A stretch of DNA of 64,000 bases, from assembly GCA_964016885.1 (NCBI GenBank), contig OZ024754.1:40114001-40178000 (forward strand), given 5' to 3'. The position numbers and the translations under genes were made by a program. This document shows positions 1 to 13,563 of this stretch, one piece after another; within the stretch, counting starts at the first letter, position 1; every line of letters begins with the position of its first letter. Below the pieces are notes generated by a model. That model had not been told where the DNA came from. It worked only from the letters and a program-made list of their open reading frames with translations, and made no database searches. Source of the DNA: Eledone cirrhosa. Lineage: Eukaryota.

Positions 1-594
1 ATTTTTCCCTTTTCCCACGTGACAACAAAAGTAGCATCAAGAGTTGGCTTTCCTCACATTGACTTTTGGGGCAGTACAGACTTGAAGATTTCACCATCAT
101 CATCATCACTAATAGCTGAGCTAGATGACAAACTTTCAAGGGCTACTTTCTCGGACATCTTGACTTCTTTTCCTTCTTCTGAATATCTCTCACAAGTTCT
201 GCATCAACACCGACCCTAAACGAAGACAGCTGATCTTCTCACTGTGTCTCAAAGGAAAGCTTTACCTTCAGGTGGAAAATCCTTTCATTCGAGAACATCC
301 TGGCTTGCAGTCTCAAAAATTTCTTCGAGATCACCTTTCTAAATTTCACACTTTGAAATTGCTTTATCAGTCATCCTTGATACTTCTTATAAAATTTCTC
401 AATTGAAGTGCAGATGTTTCTTTCTGCTTTGGTTGGGGTATTTGCTTTTCTCACACCTCTTGGATCTTCTGGCTAGTGATTTTACGGCAATTGAAATTGT
501 CTCCCCAAGTTTGACATGATGGTAGAGAAAACACAAGCGCACTTGTGGTTTGTAAGCAGCCAAATGGCCTTTCTGCTTTCTATGTTCTTATTCA
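1..594 (-). pseudogene. Possible decayed coding exon of unknown identity
   Basis: Strong acceptor ttttgcttttcatctttcacag at 595; E/K/D/S-rich frame interrupted by several TGA/TAG codons. Confidence 0.3.
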
Positions 595-1189
595 CTGTGA
601 AAGATGAAAAGCAAAATCAATCAATTTTATTTTAACAAGCTTTTCAGTTCATACATTTCTGAAACCCATTCAAGCTATGAAATGTAAAAGACAAGAAAAC
701 AACAGATGAAAAAAAACAGGTTGTTTACCACTCGTTAACAAAACCAAGGTGTTTACCACTCCCTAACAAAACCAACAATGGAATGAACCTTACATTAGAA
801 TCTTATTGTTAACTCATGTTGTTGAATTATCAAAACAAATATCAAAAAGCTCACCTAATCAATGTGATACCAAATACTTCTTCATACAAAAAATGAAAAC
901 AAATAATCGATGTGAAATTATTTTTACTTAATTTTAGTTTACGGTGAATTTCTTTTTCATTTAGGATCCTATAAATGGACAAAACTGGACAAAAAATACC
1001 TGGCAACAATCAACAGATTTCAAAATTCCTTATTTTTACAAACAGAATTGACATGTGCAGCCAGGTTGGAAGTGATATCACGTTGGCAGGTGTAAAATCA
1101 GTCAGCTGGAATTTGCAGACGAGATGGTGTGTGTTACTTAACTCAACGGAAGGTGATCTTGATAGGTCTGATGTTGCATTGCTGGAACG

Positions 1190-1492
1190 AAAATGAGTGC
1201 TGCGAAAACCGAGACATTTGTTCTCTAAAAGAAGTCTGCACTCTACATGTGAATGGAGTTTGACTCAAGTAGATGGAGAGGTTCAAATATCTCGAGGCGG
1301 TGTTCACAAATGATGGAAAGCAGGAGGCCGAATTAAGTGCAAGAATTGCAGGAACTGGTGCAGTAATGGGTCAACTTCAACATTCAGTAATCAGAAGGGA
1401 GGTAGGCATAAAAGCCAAACTCACCATCTTCAGTTCGGTATTCGAACCAACCCTTACCTATGGTCATGAATCTTGGGTAACAAGCAAAAGAT
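1190..1492 (+). mobile_element. RTE-clade LINE fragment (RT C-terminal region)
   Basis: FKYL...ELSARI...PTLTYGHESW; sister fragment at 59920-60190. Confidence 0.8.
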
Positions 1493-1714
1493 TACAACAA
1501 ATACACACTCATATACAAAATGTGACGTCGTGTTATAAAATATCCGTTTTCTTATAATTGTCTATAGTAGAATATTTTAGTTAAAATGTTATATTGTTTT
1601 AATCCAAATGTAAATTATATGTCGTCAATCCCGGGGTCTAATACTATTACCTTCTAAAATTTGATCAAGCCATTTGGGAATGCATAAGGAAGAGAGAGAG
1701 AGGGGGGGTGCGTG

Positions 1715-1765
<51 letters not shown>

Positions 1766-2042
1766 AAATCTGATTGTTAAGCAACCAAAACATTTGATAT
1801 TGCATGTTATAGAATGACATACAGACACGTGTGTATGTATGTAGCTATATAAGAGATATTTCATATATATGTGTGTATGTTATGGGAGAGTTACATACAG
1901 ACATACGTGTGTGTATATGTGTATGTATGTATGTATGTATGTGTGGCTATATAATAGATTCTTTCATACAGGCGTATATATATATATACACATAGTATAT
2001 AGAGGAGAAAACACAAAAAGCTATGTTTTCAATTACAGGGGG

Positions 2043-2107
2043 TAGAGAACCACTAGGGTGAAAAACATAAAATCTACGAAAGAGTTTTTCACTCTAGTGG
2101 TTCTCTA
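2043..2107. repeat. Short inverted repeat / hairpin
   Basis: tagagaaccactagggtgaaaaac / gtttttcactctagtggttctcta. Confidence 0.7.
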
Positions 2108-2629
2108 TTATGAAGAGCCCGACACCTTTTCCTTGAGCTCATTAAATTACTGGCGCCGAGGTTGACTTTGCCTTTCATCCTTACGGGGTCGATAAAATAA
2201 AGTACCAGTAATGTACTAGGTAATTGCTGGCCTTGTGCCAATAGTAGAAACAATTAAATTACTGGAGATTAACGCAAGTTTTTAACTCCGTTTTTTTAAT
2301 TTGATATATACATCTCTCTCTCTCTATAAAATTCTTTGTCACTGTCTGTCTTTTCTTTATGCATTCCCAAATGGCTTGACCAAATCAAATCAAATTTTAC
2401 AAGGTAGTATTAGACCCCAGGTGTGACAACATAATTTTCATTTGGATTTTAGTCTTCATATTTATTATTATTATCAGCAAAGAGTTACGGTCCTTTATGG
2501 TCTGAGTTCAAATCCCGCCGAGGTTAACTTTGCCTTTCATCCTTACGGGATCGATAAAATAAAGTACCAGTAATGCACTGGTTAATTTACTGGCTTTGTG
2601 CCAAAAGTAGAAACAATTATTACTATATA

Positions 2630-2750
2630 ACGTATGTTGATGCCCTAAGGACAGACACTGGTCTGTTGGAGATGCAGGACATGGCAGCGATAATGAGGGA
2701 CAGAGACCGCTGGAGAGAACTCCATGGATCTCGGGAATTTTACCCGCCTT

Positions 2751-2752
<2 letters not shown>
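2630..2752 (+). mobile_element. RTE-like LINE 3' end fragment
   Basis: TYVDALRTDTGLLEMQDMAAIMRDRDRW; same family as 24734 and 38326. Confidence 0.7.
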
Positions 2753-2823
<71 letters not shown>

Positions 2824-2981
2824 TATAGGAAGAGTCAGGACCCCGACGGCTGAGCTCTGGCCGTTTCGACAGCTATTCTCTTTTCCTATTACCCACTCTA
2901 CTACCCATAGTATCGAGTACACTGTGCGTTATGGTCCACCTGGTTCCTTACCAAACTCAGTTCGTTATATATATATATATA

Positions 2982-3143
2982 TATAGGAACAAGTAAGACC
3001 CCGACGGCCGAGCTCAAGCCGTCGAAACGGCTTGAACTCAGCCGTCGGGGTCTTACTTGTTCCTATTACCCACTCTACTACCCTAAGTATTGAGTACTTT
3101 GGTGCGTTATGGTCCACCTGGTTCCTTACCACATTTCCTTCGT

Positions 3144-3147
<4 letters not shown>
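2982..3147. mobile_element. (TA)n-embedded foldback element (hairpin plus about 85-bp tail), representative copy
   Basis: Hairpin ggaacaagtaagaccccgacggc..gccgtcggggtcttacttgttcc plus tail tacccactctactacc..ccttcgttata; copies at about 2826, 8126, 12630, 15053, 24249, 24543, 26787, 56089 and 63107. Confidence 0.75.
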
Positions 3148-3229
<82 letters not shown>

Positions 3230-3311
3230 CAAAATTTTGGTACCCTTGAAATATATATATAATAAATATGGTTTTATAAATATAGTTTCCATTTATTAAT
3301 ATCATTGTATG

Positions 3312-3343
<32 letters not shown>

Positions 3344-3534
3344 CAATGAGGATATATATCTGAGGACGGCATATATATGTGAAAGTATTTATATTTCATC
3401 TGATAATTTGTAATAAATACTTTTACATAGATCTTAAACATGATATACATACCAACACACATATACATCCCAGAAACGATCGTAAAATGATGAATTTTTT
3501 AATATAAGGAACTTGTTCTTTGTTTTTATTAATT

Positions 3535-3577
<43 letters not shown>

Positions 3578-3836
3578 CTACAATTTTAGCTAGTAGATCT
3601 AATCAACACACCTGCCATCTCTGATAAGAACTTTCAACTAAATCCATATAATGCTGGGATATTGTCTTAGGGCAGCAGCTAATATTGACAAGAGAGATAT
3701 AAGAAAATGGTGAGGTTAATGGTAAATGGAACGAGTCGGCGGGGTGGGGAGACAGAGACTGTGGAAATGGGAGTTTCACATATTCACCATGTGTCGCTAT
3801 TTCGAAAAAGAAAATGTCTTCGAGAAATTACCCTAA

Positions 3837-3870
<34 letters not shown>

Positions 3871-3995
3871 TTAGGTTAATTTCTCGAAGACATTTTCTTT
3901 TATATATATATATATATAATATTGTACTGTGTCGTTTTGTTTGTTTATTTCTACACACACACACATTATATATATAAATATTATATATATATATA

Positions 3996-4033
<38 letters not shown>

Positions 4034-4127
4034 ATATTGTACTGTGTCGTTTTGTTTGTTTATTTCTCCACACACACACACACACACACACACACATTAT
4101 ATATATAAATATATATATATATATATA

Positions 4128-4161
<34 letters not shown>

Positions 4162-4446
4162 AATAATGAACTTTTTTTGTTTAATATAAGAAATTGTTTA
4201 TTCATTATTTGTTTAATATTTTATCTTGTACTCTGTATACCGTTTATCTTTCACCGAAAGTGGTTTTTCATTACATCTCTTCTTTCTATGATATCCGGAA
4301 TACATTGAGTTCTTCATACGGATTGGACACTACCGTAAACTCTTGGTAGATTTATCTACATATATATATATATATATATATAATATTGTACTGTGTCGTT
4401 TTGTTTGTTTATTTCTCCACACACACACACACACACACACACACAT

Positions 4447-4478
<32 letters not shown>

Positions 4479-4518
4479 AAGAAGAAATTAAAAGATGGTT
4501 TAAAAAGTTCCGTATATT

Positions 4519-4580
4519 TTATTATGGGCATTTCGTAAACATCATCATCCTGGGACAAAAATTGTGTTCTCATCAGATAA
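4519..4580 (-). ncRNA. Minimal type-I hammerhead ribozyme (family C)
   Basis: TTAT-CTGATGA-GAACAC..stem II..-GAAA-TGCCCA-TA-ATAA; stem I TTAT/ATAA; homologous to 9739-9800. Confidence 0.6.
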
Positions 4581-4640
4581 AATAAGGTAACATGATACGA
4601 GGCCTAAAAACACTTGTGAACAAGAAAATGTTCAGTCAAC

Positions 4641-4691
<51 letters not shown>

Positions 4692-4737
4692 CTTCAAAAT
4701 ATTAATAAATATAAACATTCAAGTGATCAAATATATT

Positions 4738-4795
4738 TTATTATACATATTTCAGAGGTACTGAGCTATTTCAACAGTACGTCCTCATCAGATAA
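4738..4795 (-). ncRNA. Minimal type-I hammerhead ribozyme
   Basis: TTAT-CTGATGA-GGAC GTACTG..CAGTAC CTCT-GAAA-TATGTA-TA-ATAA. Confidence 0.6.
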
Positions 4796-5023
4796 AATAA
4801 GTTGATGCCTGACATACCTTGACTATGTTGATGGTTATAATTTAGTCATGGCAGTATATATATCCTAGTTGGGTCGAGGGGTAACCACAGTTTAAGAAAG
4901 GTACCCACATTGATAGAGTTTAGATAGGTATAGACATATATATATATAGACATATATATATATATATATATATATAAGCCTTATCGAGCCCTCTTCGGAT
5001 TTTAGTCTTCACATTTATTATTA

Positions 5024-5085
<62 letters not shown>

Positions 5086-5191
5086 GCGGGAGAGAGAGTG
5101 TGTTTGTGTGTGTGTTGGATTGTCAGGAAATGCTTAAATATATACGTTAATAACCAACTCATCTTTTGGATGAAACGTAGCAAAGATGCAG

Positions 5192-5385
5192 CATAGATGA
5201 GGTAAAATATAGATGAAGTCAACATAGATGAGGTAAAATATAGATGAAGTCAACATAGATGAGGTAAAATATAGATGAAGTCAACATAGATGAGGTACAC
5301 TATAGATGAAGTTAACATAGATGAGGTACACTATAGATGAAGTTAACATAGATAAGGTACACTATAGATGAGACACAATATAGAT
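5192..5385. repeat. 31-bp tandem repeat, about 6 copies
   Basis: catagatgaggtaaaatatagatgaagtcaa. Confidence 0.85.
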
Positions 5386-6799
5386 AAGGGTCCGATATGA
5401 AGTAAACCTCAAAGAATTATCTACACAACAAGAAATACCAAAAAATAAGAACAATGTTATTTTAAATATATCTGAATAGTTCTTTGTAAGTAGATTAACA
5501 ATTGTTGGAAAGATATAAAATATCTCATCGTATGTTAATAAAAATGACAATTTTCCATGTTAGAACTTGCTAAAAATGTTGGTCGTTTATAGAAAGTTAA
5601 AAATCGAATTTTTGTGTCATAATATAATGTTTAGTAAATATCTCATCTTCGAAATATCGACATCTAGTACCATAAAATGCGATTTTTGACATTTTGAGTT
5701 AGGTTATAGTGGATGAAATCCACTCTGTACTTTGAAATATAATATATGTTGGGTAATACTTACACAATTAGGTAATTTATCCCGCAACGACGCAAGTACT
5801 TGTCCATTTTCTATGCACAGAAGCACCAAGGTAAAAAGCCAGACGTTGTTGTTCATAATTCTGCTGCTGTTATTTGGCATTTCTTTTCTACCTTAGCAGG
5901 AGAACCAGACAAATGTAGAAAGTCATGAACGTCGAGGATAGTTTTACTCGTGACTCTAGTAGACAAGATGTGTGGGGGAAAAAACCGATAATTGATAATG
6001 AAGTTGAATCGATCAAGGACTGACTTAGTGGGAGGGTATCACATAAGGGTGGAAGATATAAACTTAAACAAAACCAACATTGCCACTATCACAACCTAGG
6101 AGAGACTGCATAAACATCAGCGTGTTCGTTTTTTTTTGCCTCGTCTCCTTTACTTGTAACGGTGTTGACGACAATGAAAAGAATTAAGAATAATATAATA
6201 GGTGATATGGTCTTGCATGTAGTTTAAACAACCGTTTACTTTCTCTACCGATCTGTTTATGTGATAAGAAAGCCACACAAAATACACACGCACTTCTCAG
6301 AATAGGAATAACGGTTTATAAGACCTCTCTTCTAAGAATATATATATATTATATCTATCCAACTAGTGACTGTTGGGTATATAAGACATACACTTGCTGT
6401 GTGTGTATATATATATATATATATTTAAGACAACAACATCATACAAAACTACTGCTGCTGCTCCCCCTTCCTCTTGATTCCTTCCTCTCTTTCTCACTCT
6501 TTCTGCACTTTTCTCTCCTCCTCTCATACTCTTGTTTGTTTTCTGCTCTATAATTATAACTCCTCTCTCTTTCGTTTTACTATTTTTCCTCTCCCTCTTT
6601 CTCATTTCTCTTCTTTTTCATCTTCTCTCACTTTCTCCTGTTCTATTATTCGTTTCTCTATTGTAGTACTATTGTTGTCTATATCTCTCTATCTATCTAG
6701 TATTGTCCCCTTTGCTTGTGCGCCCTTGTGGCAAATAAAGAAATATATCTATCTGTCTATCAATATATCTATCTCTCTATCTATATACCTATCTATTTA

Positions 6800-6858
<59 letters not shown>

Positions 6859-8498
6859 CATTTGTGGCGCCTCCCCCTTATTGGGGATTTCGATTGTTGT
6901 AATTGTTTGTTTTTATATTTTTTACACGACTGTATGTAAAATCCCCGGCATGTCTTTGTATTGTCCCCTTTTCTTGTGCGCCCTTGTGGCTAATAAAGAA
7001 ATCTATCTATCTACCTGTCTACCTTTATACACCTGTTCACTTGCTGCCCCTAAAGTTCCCCTATTGTTCTCCCCCCCCCCCTCTCTCTCACACACATATT
7101 CACTTATATTCTCTTTCTCATCTCTCGTCATCTCTCCCTCTATTTCTACTCTACCTCTTTCTCTCTATCCTGGGCTCTGTTTTAGTTTAGTAATTCCCCC
7201 CCCCCCCCCCCTCACCTTATTTAACTCTAGTTCTCTTTAGTGTTGTTTCATCTCTGCCTTCTCATATAATCACTCGTCCTGCTTTTCTTCCTCTTTTCTT
7301 CTTTCTCCTTGTAATCCCTTTGTTCACCTCGCCCTCCTCTTCTCTTTCTTCTCCATTCACAGCTATCAATCCTTCACCTTCCACCTCAGTTCATCTTTTT
7401 ATTTATCCAGCGTGCCAGCTATCTATTTATCTTGTTTAAAAAAACGTAAGAGAAACACAAACATAAGGATAATTCCCGCTCTTCGGCTGCTTGCTGTGGG
7501 TCGTTGATGTTTCGATGCATTAAAGACAGTACATCTCACCACAGTGCGTTAATAACTAAGAGGAATAGTTATTAGGTCTTCCTTAAACAACAACAACAAC
7601 AAGATCAAAAATAAAAAAACAGTCAATAGTGAAGAGAACGACAGAAAAAGAAAATAAACAGAAGAAAAACATAGCGTTAGAGAGGGGGAAACACGAGACA
7701 GTAGTACATCTGTCTGGCCACCTATAGCTGACCTACCACCGAGAGGGTTACGGGTCGGAACACCAAATGAACATGGGGTACCGACGAGGCTCTATTCACT
7801 CAAGATAAATGAATGTGCCGCATCTTCTTTAAGATGCAGTTATCCTTATCTCTATATTTTCCCTAAACTCCCCCTCTCCCTCTCTAATATAATTGTTTCT
7901 GATTTAGACATAAGGCCAACAATTTTTGGGGGTGGGGTTGTCCTTGTTCCGTATAACCATGTCCATTACGAGCTGAGGATCCGCTAAGGTGAAACAATTG
8001 TTCTCGGTATGGTGAACTAACTGTTGTGTAACCACTTCTACCTAACTCGTCCCATGGACTGAGTGCTCTACCACTACGGATATTACCTTCCAGTGTTCCA
8101 CCACTATATATATACATATATATATAACGAAGGAAGTGTGGTAAGGAACCAGATGGACCATAACACAGCAGAGTACTCAATACTTAGAGTAGTAGAGTGG
8201 GTAATAGGAAAATGTTCCAGACCCCGATGGCAGAACTCAAGCCGTTTCAACGGCTATTTCTGGACTGAAAAAACTGTCGAAACGGCTTGAGCTCTGCCGT
8301 CGGGGTCTTAGGCATTTTCATATATATATATATATATATATAGGAAAATGCTTAAGACCCCGACGGCAGAGCTCAAGTGGTGGAACACTGGAAGGTAATA
8401 TCCGTAGTGGTAGAGCACTCAGTCCAAGGGACGAGTTAGGTAGAAGTGGTTACACAACAGTTAGTTCACCATACCGAGAACAATTGTTGTGTAACCAC

Positions 8499-8566
<68 letters not shown>

Positions 8567-8621
8567 GAGTCGTATAGATACATATATATACATACATGTA
8601 TAGATACATATATATACATAC

Positions 8622-8952
8622 ATGTGAACGACCCAGCATAAATGTGTTGAGAGAGAAACTGTGTCTGAGAGGGATAGAATGTAGTGTACGCGAGAGGAGA
8701 CTGAGGTGGTATGGACATGTGATGCGCATGGAGGATGACCGATGGGTGAGGAAGTGCCAGGAAATGCCAGTTGAAGGAAGACGTGGTAGAGGTAGACCAC
8801 GAAAAACATGGGCGGAGGTGGTGAGAACAGACCTCAGATCATTGAAGCTCAGGAGATGACGAAAGACCGTGACGAGTGGAGAGATGCTGTGCTGAATAAG
8901 ACCCGTCCCACCCTTGCAAGCAGGGAAAAGTGGACGTAAAATGATGATGATG
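8622..8952 (+). mobile_element. RTE LINE 3' end
   Basis: RRLRWYGHVMRM...GRRGRGRPRKTW; (GAT)n tail. Confidence 0.85.
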
Positions 8953-9456
8953 TATATATAAAGTTAAATCTTCTCCTTTGTCAATGATCCAAGATTTAAC
9001 ACCTGTGATTCACCGATTAAAGATGAAATATATTTCTTTAATGGAATATATACAAAGAATATATACAAAGGTATCTATATTCAAGGTTCTCATTAATTTT
9101 TAATATGTTACTTCCGTAACTATGTGTGTTTACACTTTTTACAAATTATCCCCTGTCAATGTTTGATATGTTTCATCATCATCATCGTTTAGCGTCTATC
9201 TTCCACGCTAGCAAGGGTTAGACAGGAATTGTCCCACTTGAGGCAAGATTGATCGGGTCACCATGACTCATATAGAACTGTATCTGGTAGGTTTTCTACG
9301 GCTGGATGCCCTTCTTAACACCAACCACATTTACAATGTGAACTGGGAGGTTTTTACCGTGTCTCCTACACAACCACTTTACAGCGTGGACTGGAAATGC
9401 AACCATTTTTTAAGGGTATGTCAATATTTATTTATAAAACTAACCTATATTATATT

Positions 9457-9514
9457 TTATCTGATGAAAGCGCACCATAGTTTACCTTGGTGGCCCTTGA
9501 AATATGTATAATGA
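9457..9514 (+). ncRNA. Minimal type-I hammerhead ribozyme (family D)
   Basis: TTAT-CTGATGA-AAGCGCACCA..TGGTGGCCCTT-GAAA-TATGTA-TA-ATGA; same downstream flank as the copies at about 3240 and 61348. Confidence 0.65.
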
Positions 9515-9648
9515 AATAAATATGGTTTTATAAATATAGTTTCCATTTGTTAATATATTGTATATTTACTCCAATAATTTGTTGAGTGCTTTATATCAGT
9601 TATAAAAATATTTTGCTTGTTGTATCCCAACAAATTAAATATAACCTC

Positions 9649-9682
<34 letters not shown>

Positions 9683-9738
9683 GGTTTTGCACTTTCCTGT
9701 TGACAAGTGTTTTAGGCCTCATATCATGTTACCTTATT

Positions 9739-9800
9739 TTATCTGATGAGAACACAATTTTCGTCCCACGATGATGTTGTTTTCGAAATGTGCATAATAA
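9739..9800 (+). ncRNA. Minimal type-I hammerhead ribozyme (family C)
   Basis: TTAT-CTGATGA-GAACACAA..TTGTTTTC-GAAA-TGTGCA-TA-ATAA. Confidence 0.7.
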
Positions 9801-10036
9801 AATATATGGAACTTCTTTAACCATCTTTTAATTTATTCTTTAATATATAAATATATATATAAATTAGGTAGTAACGTGCTTTTAAACAAAACCTGCTTTG
9901 TGTCTCCCTATATATATTTATTAAAATAACAGATTAAAGTTTAAGCAAAGAATTGCTGCTTTCACCCTTAACAGGATCTTCTGAAACTCTAAATATTTAC
10001 CTTATGGTTTTTATATATTTGATATATATATATTAT

Positions 10037-10372
10037 GGAGGCACATGGCTTAGTGGTTAGAGCATTGGCCTTGCAATCAAAAGGTTGTGAGTTCAATTCT
10101 CAGACCAGGTGATGTGTTGTTTCCTTGAGCAAGACACTTTATTTCACATTGCTCCAGTTTACTCAGCTGTAGAAATGAGATGATAGGGACTGAGGTCCTT
10201 ATCATTCCACTGTAAAGTGGTCGTGCAGGTGCCACGGCAAAAAAAAAAGCACCCAGCACTCACTGTAAATGAGGTTGGTGTTAGGAAGGGCATCCAGCTG
10301 TAGAAATCAAGCCAGCATCAGTTCCCGTGCAAGCAGGGAAAAAGCGGACGTAAAATGAAATGAATGAAATGA
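10037..10372 (+). mobile_element. tRNA-derived CORE-like SINE with RTE-type 3' tail
   Basis: A box TGGCTTAGTGG, B box GAGTTCAATTC, CORE-like ccttgagcaagacact..cagctgtagaaatg, tail gcagggaaaaagcggacgtaaaatga. Confidence 0.8.
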
Positions 10373-10435
10373 TTATCCTTATCGAGCTCTCTTCAGATTT
10401 TAGTCTTCACATTTATTATTATTACTATATATATT

Positions 10436-10848
10436 CTTGTCTAAGACTAAAGTTATAGTATGTAGGAAGGAAAATAGGGCACAGGTCCCCTCTGGGAAAT
10501 GGCCATGCTCAGTGTATAGGAAAGGAATAGGCAGAAATTCTATTTTATGTCCCAAATGCCAAGTATGGGTGCATAAAAGATGTAGTGGGATCACAGGTAA
10601 GCTATCTAAGAACATAGATTTTATATGTGGCCGGTGCTCAGGTGCAATAAGTAGCAAGCGTCCACAAGATACTAGCTCCTTCTATTGTCCAGATGGTTCT
10701 ATAGAAATAGTGGACACCTTCCGTTACCTGGGTGACAAAATCAGCAGTGGTGGAGGGTGCTCAGAAAGTACAGTAACCAGAGTCAGAACAGGATGGAAAA
10801 AGTTCAGAGAGCTTATACCACTATTGGCCGCTAAAGGTTTCTCTCTAA
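10436..10848 (+). mobile_element. RTE/RTE-X LINE fragment with Cys/His finger inside the RT region
   Basis: KTKV..WPCSV..SILCPKCQVWVHKRCSG..FICGRC..FRYLGD..GWKKFREL. Confidence 0.8.
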
Positions 10849-11469
10849 AATTTTTGGAATATATTGAAGCCAATGAAGATATTGGTGTGACACCTGTTAT
10901 CTTATTTACTTGTTTTGATATTTCAGGACTAAAATCCCTTCATTAGAAGATTCAAATAAAAAAAAAATGCTTTTGCTGTCATAGTAAAATGACAAACCTA
11001 TAATAATAACTTCTAGTTTCTTATTAGGTTGTTTAAAATCAGTTCTACCTGTAATTCAAAGGGACACTCTTGTTACTGTCACACCACTGAATCTCCCTGA
11101 GAATTATTTGTCAGTGGAATACTCAGCCACTTACATGTCAATTTCACAAGCAGACTGTTTGTTTCATTTATCGAAATGAGTTGCAAATCAAAAGTTCAAA
11201 CACGTCACACACTGTGTAATGTGGAATCTCCCTGAGAATTTCATCAAGAGTGCATTTGTCTGTGGAATATTCAGCCACTTACACGTCACAAGAAGACTAC
11301 ACCATTGATCAAACAACTGGAACAGTCATCGTCTATACTGACGGAGATCCAATACATACACTGTAACATAAACAGTTTTATTGTTGTGTATGAAAATAAT
11401 CGATAATTTCTCAATAGTTGATTGATTGATGAGATGAAGCTTGGTTCATTCTAGGACAATCTGTGATTC

Positions 11470-12420
11470 ATTGCACTGTGGGGTGGGGGGTAGGGCACAC
11501 ATACACACACACACATACACACACAGACACACACACACATTGCACTGTGGGGTGGGGGTAGGGCACACATACACACACACATACACACACAGACACACAC
11601 ACACATACACACACAGACACACACACACACACATTGCACTGTAGGTTGGAGAGTAGGGCACACATACACACACAGACACACACATACACAGACACACACA
11701 CACACACATTGCACTGTAGGTTGGAGAGTAGGGCACACATACACACACAGACACACACAGACATACACACACATAAATGGCACATAGACACACTGACTGG
11801 TACACTGACACACACACTGACACACACGCATACTGATACATACATATTGACACACACACATACTGACATGTGCACACATACACACACCACACACCACATA
11901 CACACCATACACACACCACATACACACACATACACATACACACCATACCATATAGAGACAAGTACATACACACACACGCCACATACACACACACACACCA
12001 ACGCACACACTACACCATATAGAGACAAGTACATATACACACACATACACACACCACATACACACACATACACACCACATACACACACACCACACCATAT
12101 AGAGACAAGTACATACACACACATACACACACCACATACACACACATACACACATCACACACACACACCACATACACACACACACACCATATAGAGACAA
12201 GTACATACACACACATACACACACCACATACACACACATACACACACCACATACACACACACACCACACCATATAGAGACAAGTACATACACACACATAC
12301 ACACACCACATACACACATACACCACATACACACACACACCACACCATATACACACACATACACACATACACACACACACACCACATACACACACACACC
12401 ACACCATATAGAGACAAGTA
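11470..12420. repeat. Compound (CA)n-based minisatellite
   Basis: Recurring anchors ttgcactgt..gtagggca and ccatatagagacaagta within (CA)n. Confidence 0.85.
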
Positions 12421-12764
12421 TATACATGCTATCACACAATGAAATATTGATTTTATTGAACACACATTTTTACACAAACACAAATGTATATACACACATA
12501 CACACACGCACACATACATACAGATAAACACTCACACACACACCAATAAATATATTATCATCATCATGTGATGTGTGTATGTATATGTATGATATGAGTA
12601 TATATATATATATATATATATATAAATGTTGACCCCGACGGTAGAGCTCAAGCCGTTTCGACGGCTATTACCCACTCTACTACCCTAAGTATTGAGTACT
12701 TTGGTGCGTTATGGTCCACCTGGTTCCTTACCACACTTCCTTCATTATATATATATAAATATAG

Positions 12765-13096
12765 AGGCACATGGCTTAGTGGTTAGAGCATTGGCCTTGC
12801 AATCGAAAGGTTGTGAGTTCAATTCTCAGACCGGGTGATGTGTTGTTTCCTTGAGCAAGACACTTTATTTCACATTGCTCCAGTTTACTCAGCTGTAGAA
12901 ATGAGATGATAGGGACTGGGGTCCCTATCATTCCACTGCAAAGTGGTCGTGGAGGTGCCACGGAAAAAAAGCACCCAGCACTCACTGTAAATGAGGTTGG
13001 TGTTAGGAAGGGCATCCAGCTGTAGAAATCAAGCCAGAATCAGTTCCCGTCCCACCCTTGCAAGCAGGGAAAAGCGGACGTAAAATGATGATGATG

Positions 13097-13098
<2 letters not shown>
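12765..13098 (+). mobile_element. tRNA-derived CORE-like SINE, full length
   Basis: Near-identical to the 10037 copy; (GAT)n tail. Confidence 0.8.
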
Positions 13099-13166
<68 letters not shown>

Positions 13167-13563
13167 ATCTGTATGAATACAGTTAATTAAACAAACTATT
13201 TCTATAGCGTATTTCATTTTTATACAACTTGGGCTTTAAAAGAAATAATTGTTGTTGTTGTGGCTGTTACTGCTGTGGTTTTTGTCATTGTTGTTGTTGC
13301 TGCTGTTGTTGTTGTTGTTGCTGTTGTTGTTGTTGTTGCTATTAATGTTATTGTTGTTGCTGTTATTGTTGTTATTGTTGCTGTTACTGCTGTGGTTTTT
13401 GCTGTTATTGTTGTTGTTGTTTAGTACCATGTCTACTCAAATCAGACCAATCAATACAGATCAAAGACATACAGATCATCTTTCAATGACAACACAATAT
13501 GATTAGAGAGATATTTAGCTGTTGTTTCTAGCATTCATATAATTTTTACATACATATACATAT

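Noticed and set aside
4978-5025. Short dispersed repeat ccttatcgagccctcttcggattttagtcttcacattt (also 10377 and 62623) as another ribozyme
   Set aside because: Only a CCGAAGA-like half core on the minus strand, truncated by microsatellite; structure cannot be completed
10037-10112. tRNA gene (also at 12765 and 14875)
   Set aside because: Has A and B boxes but poor anticodon and acceptor stems, and continues into a SINE body: a SINE head
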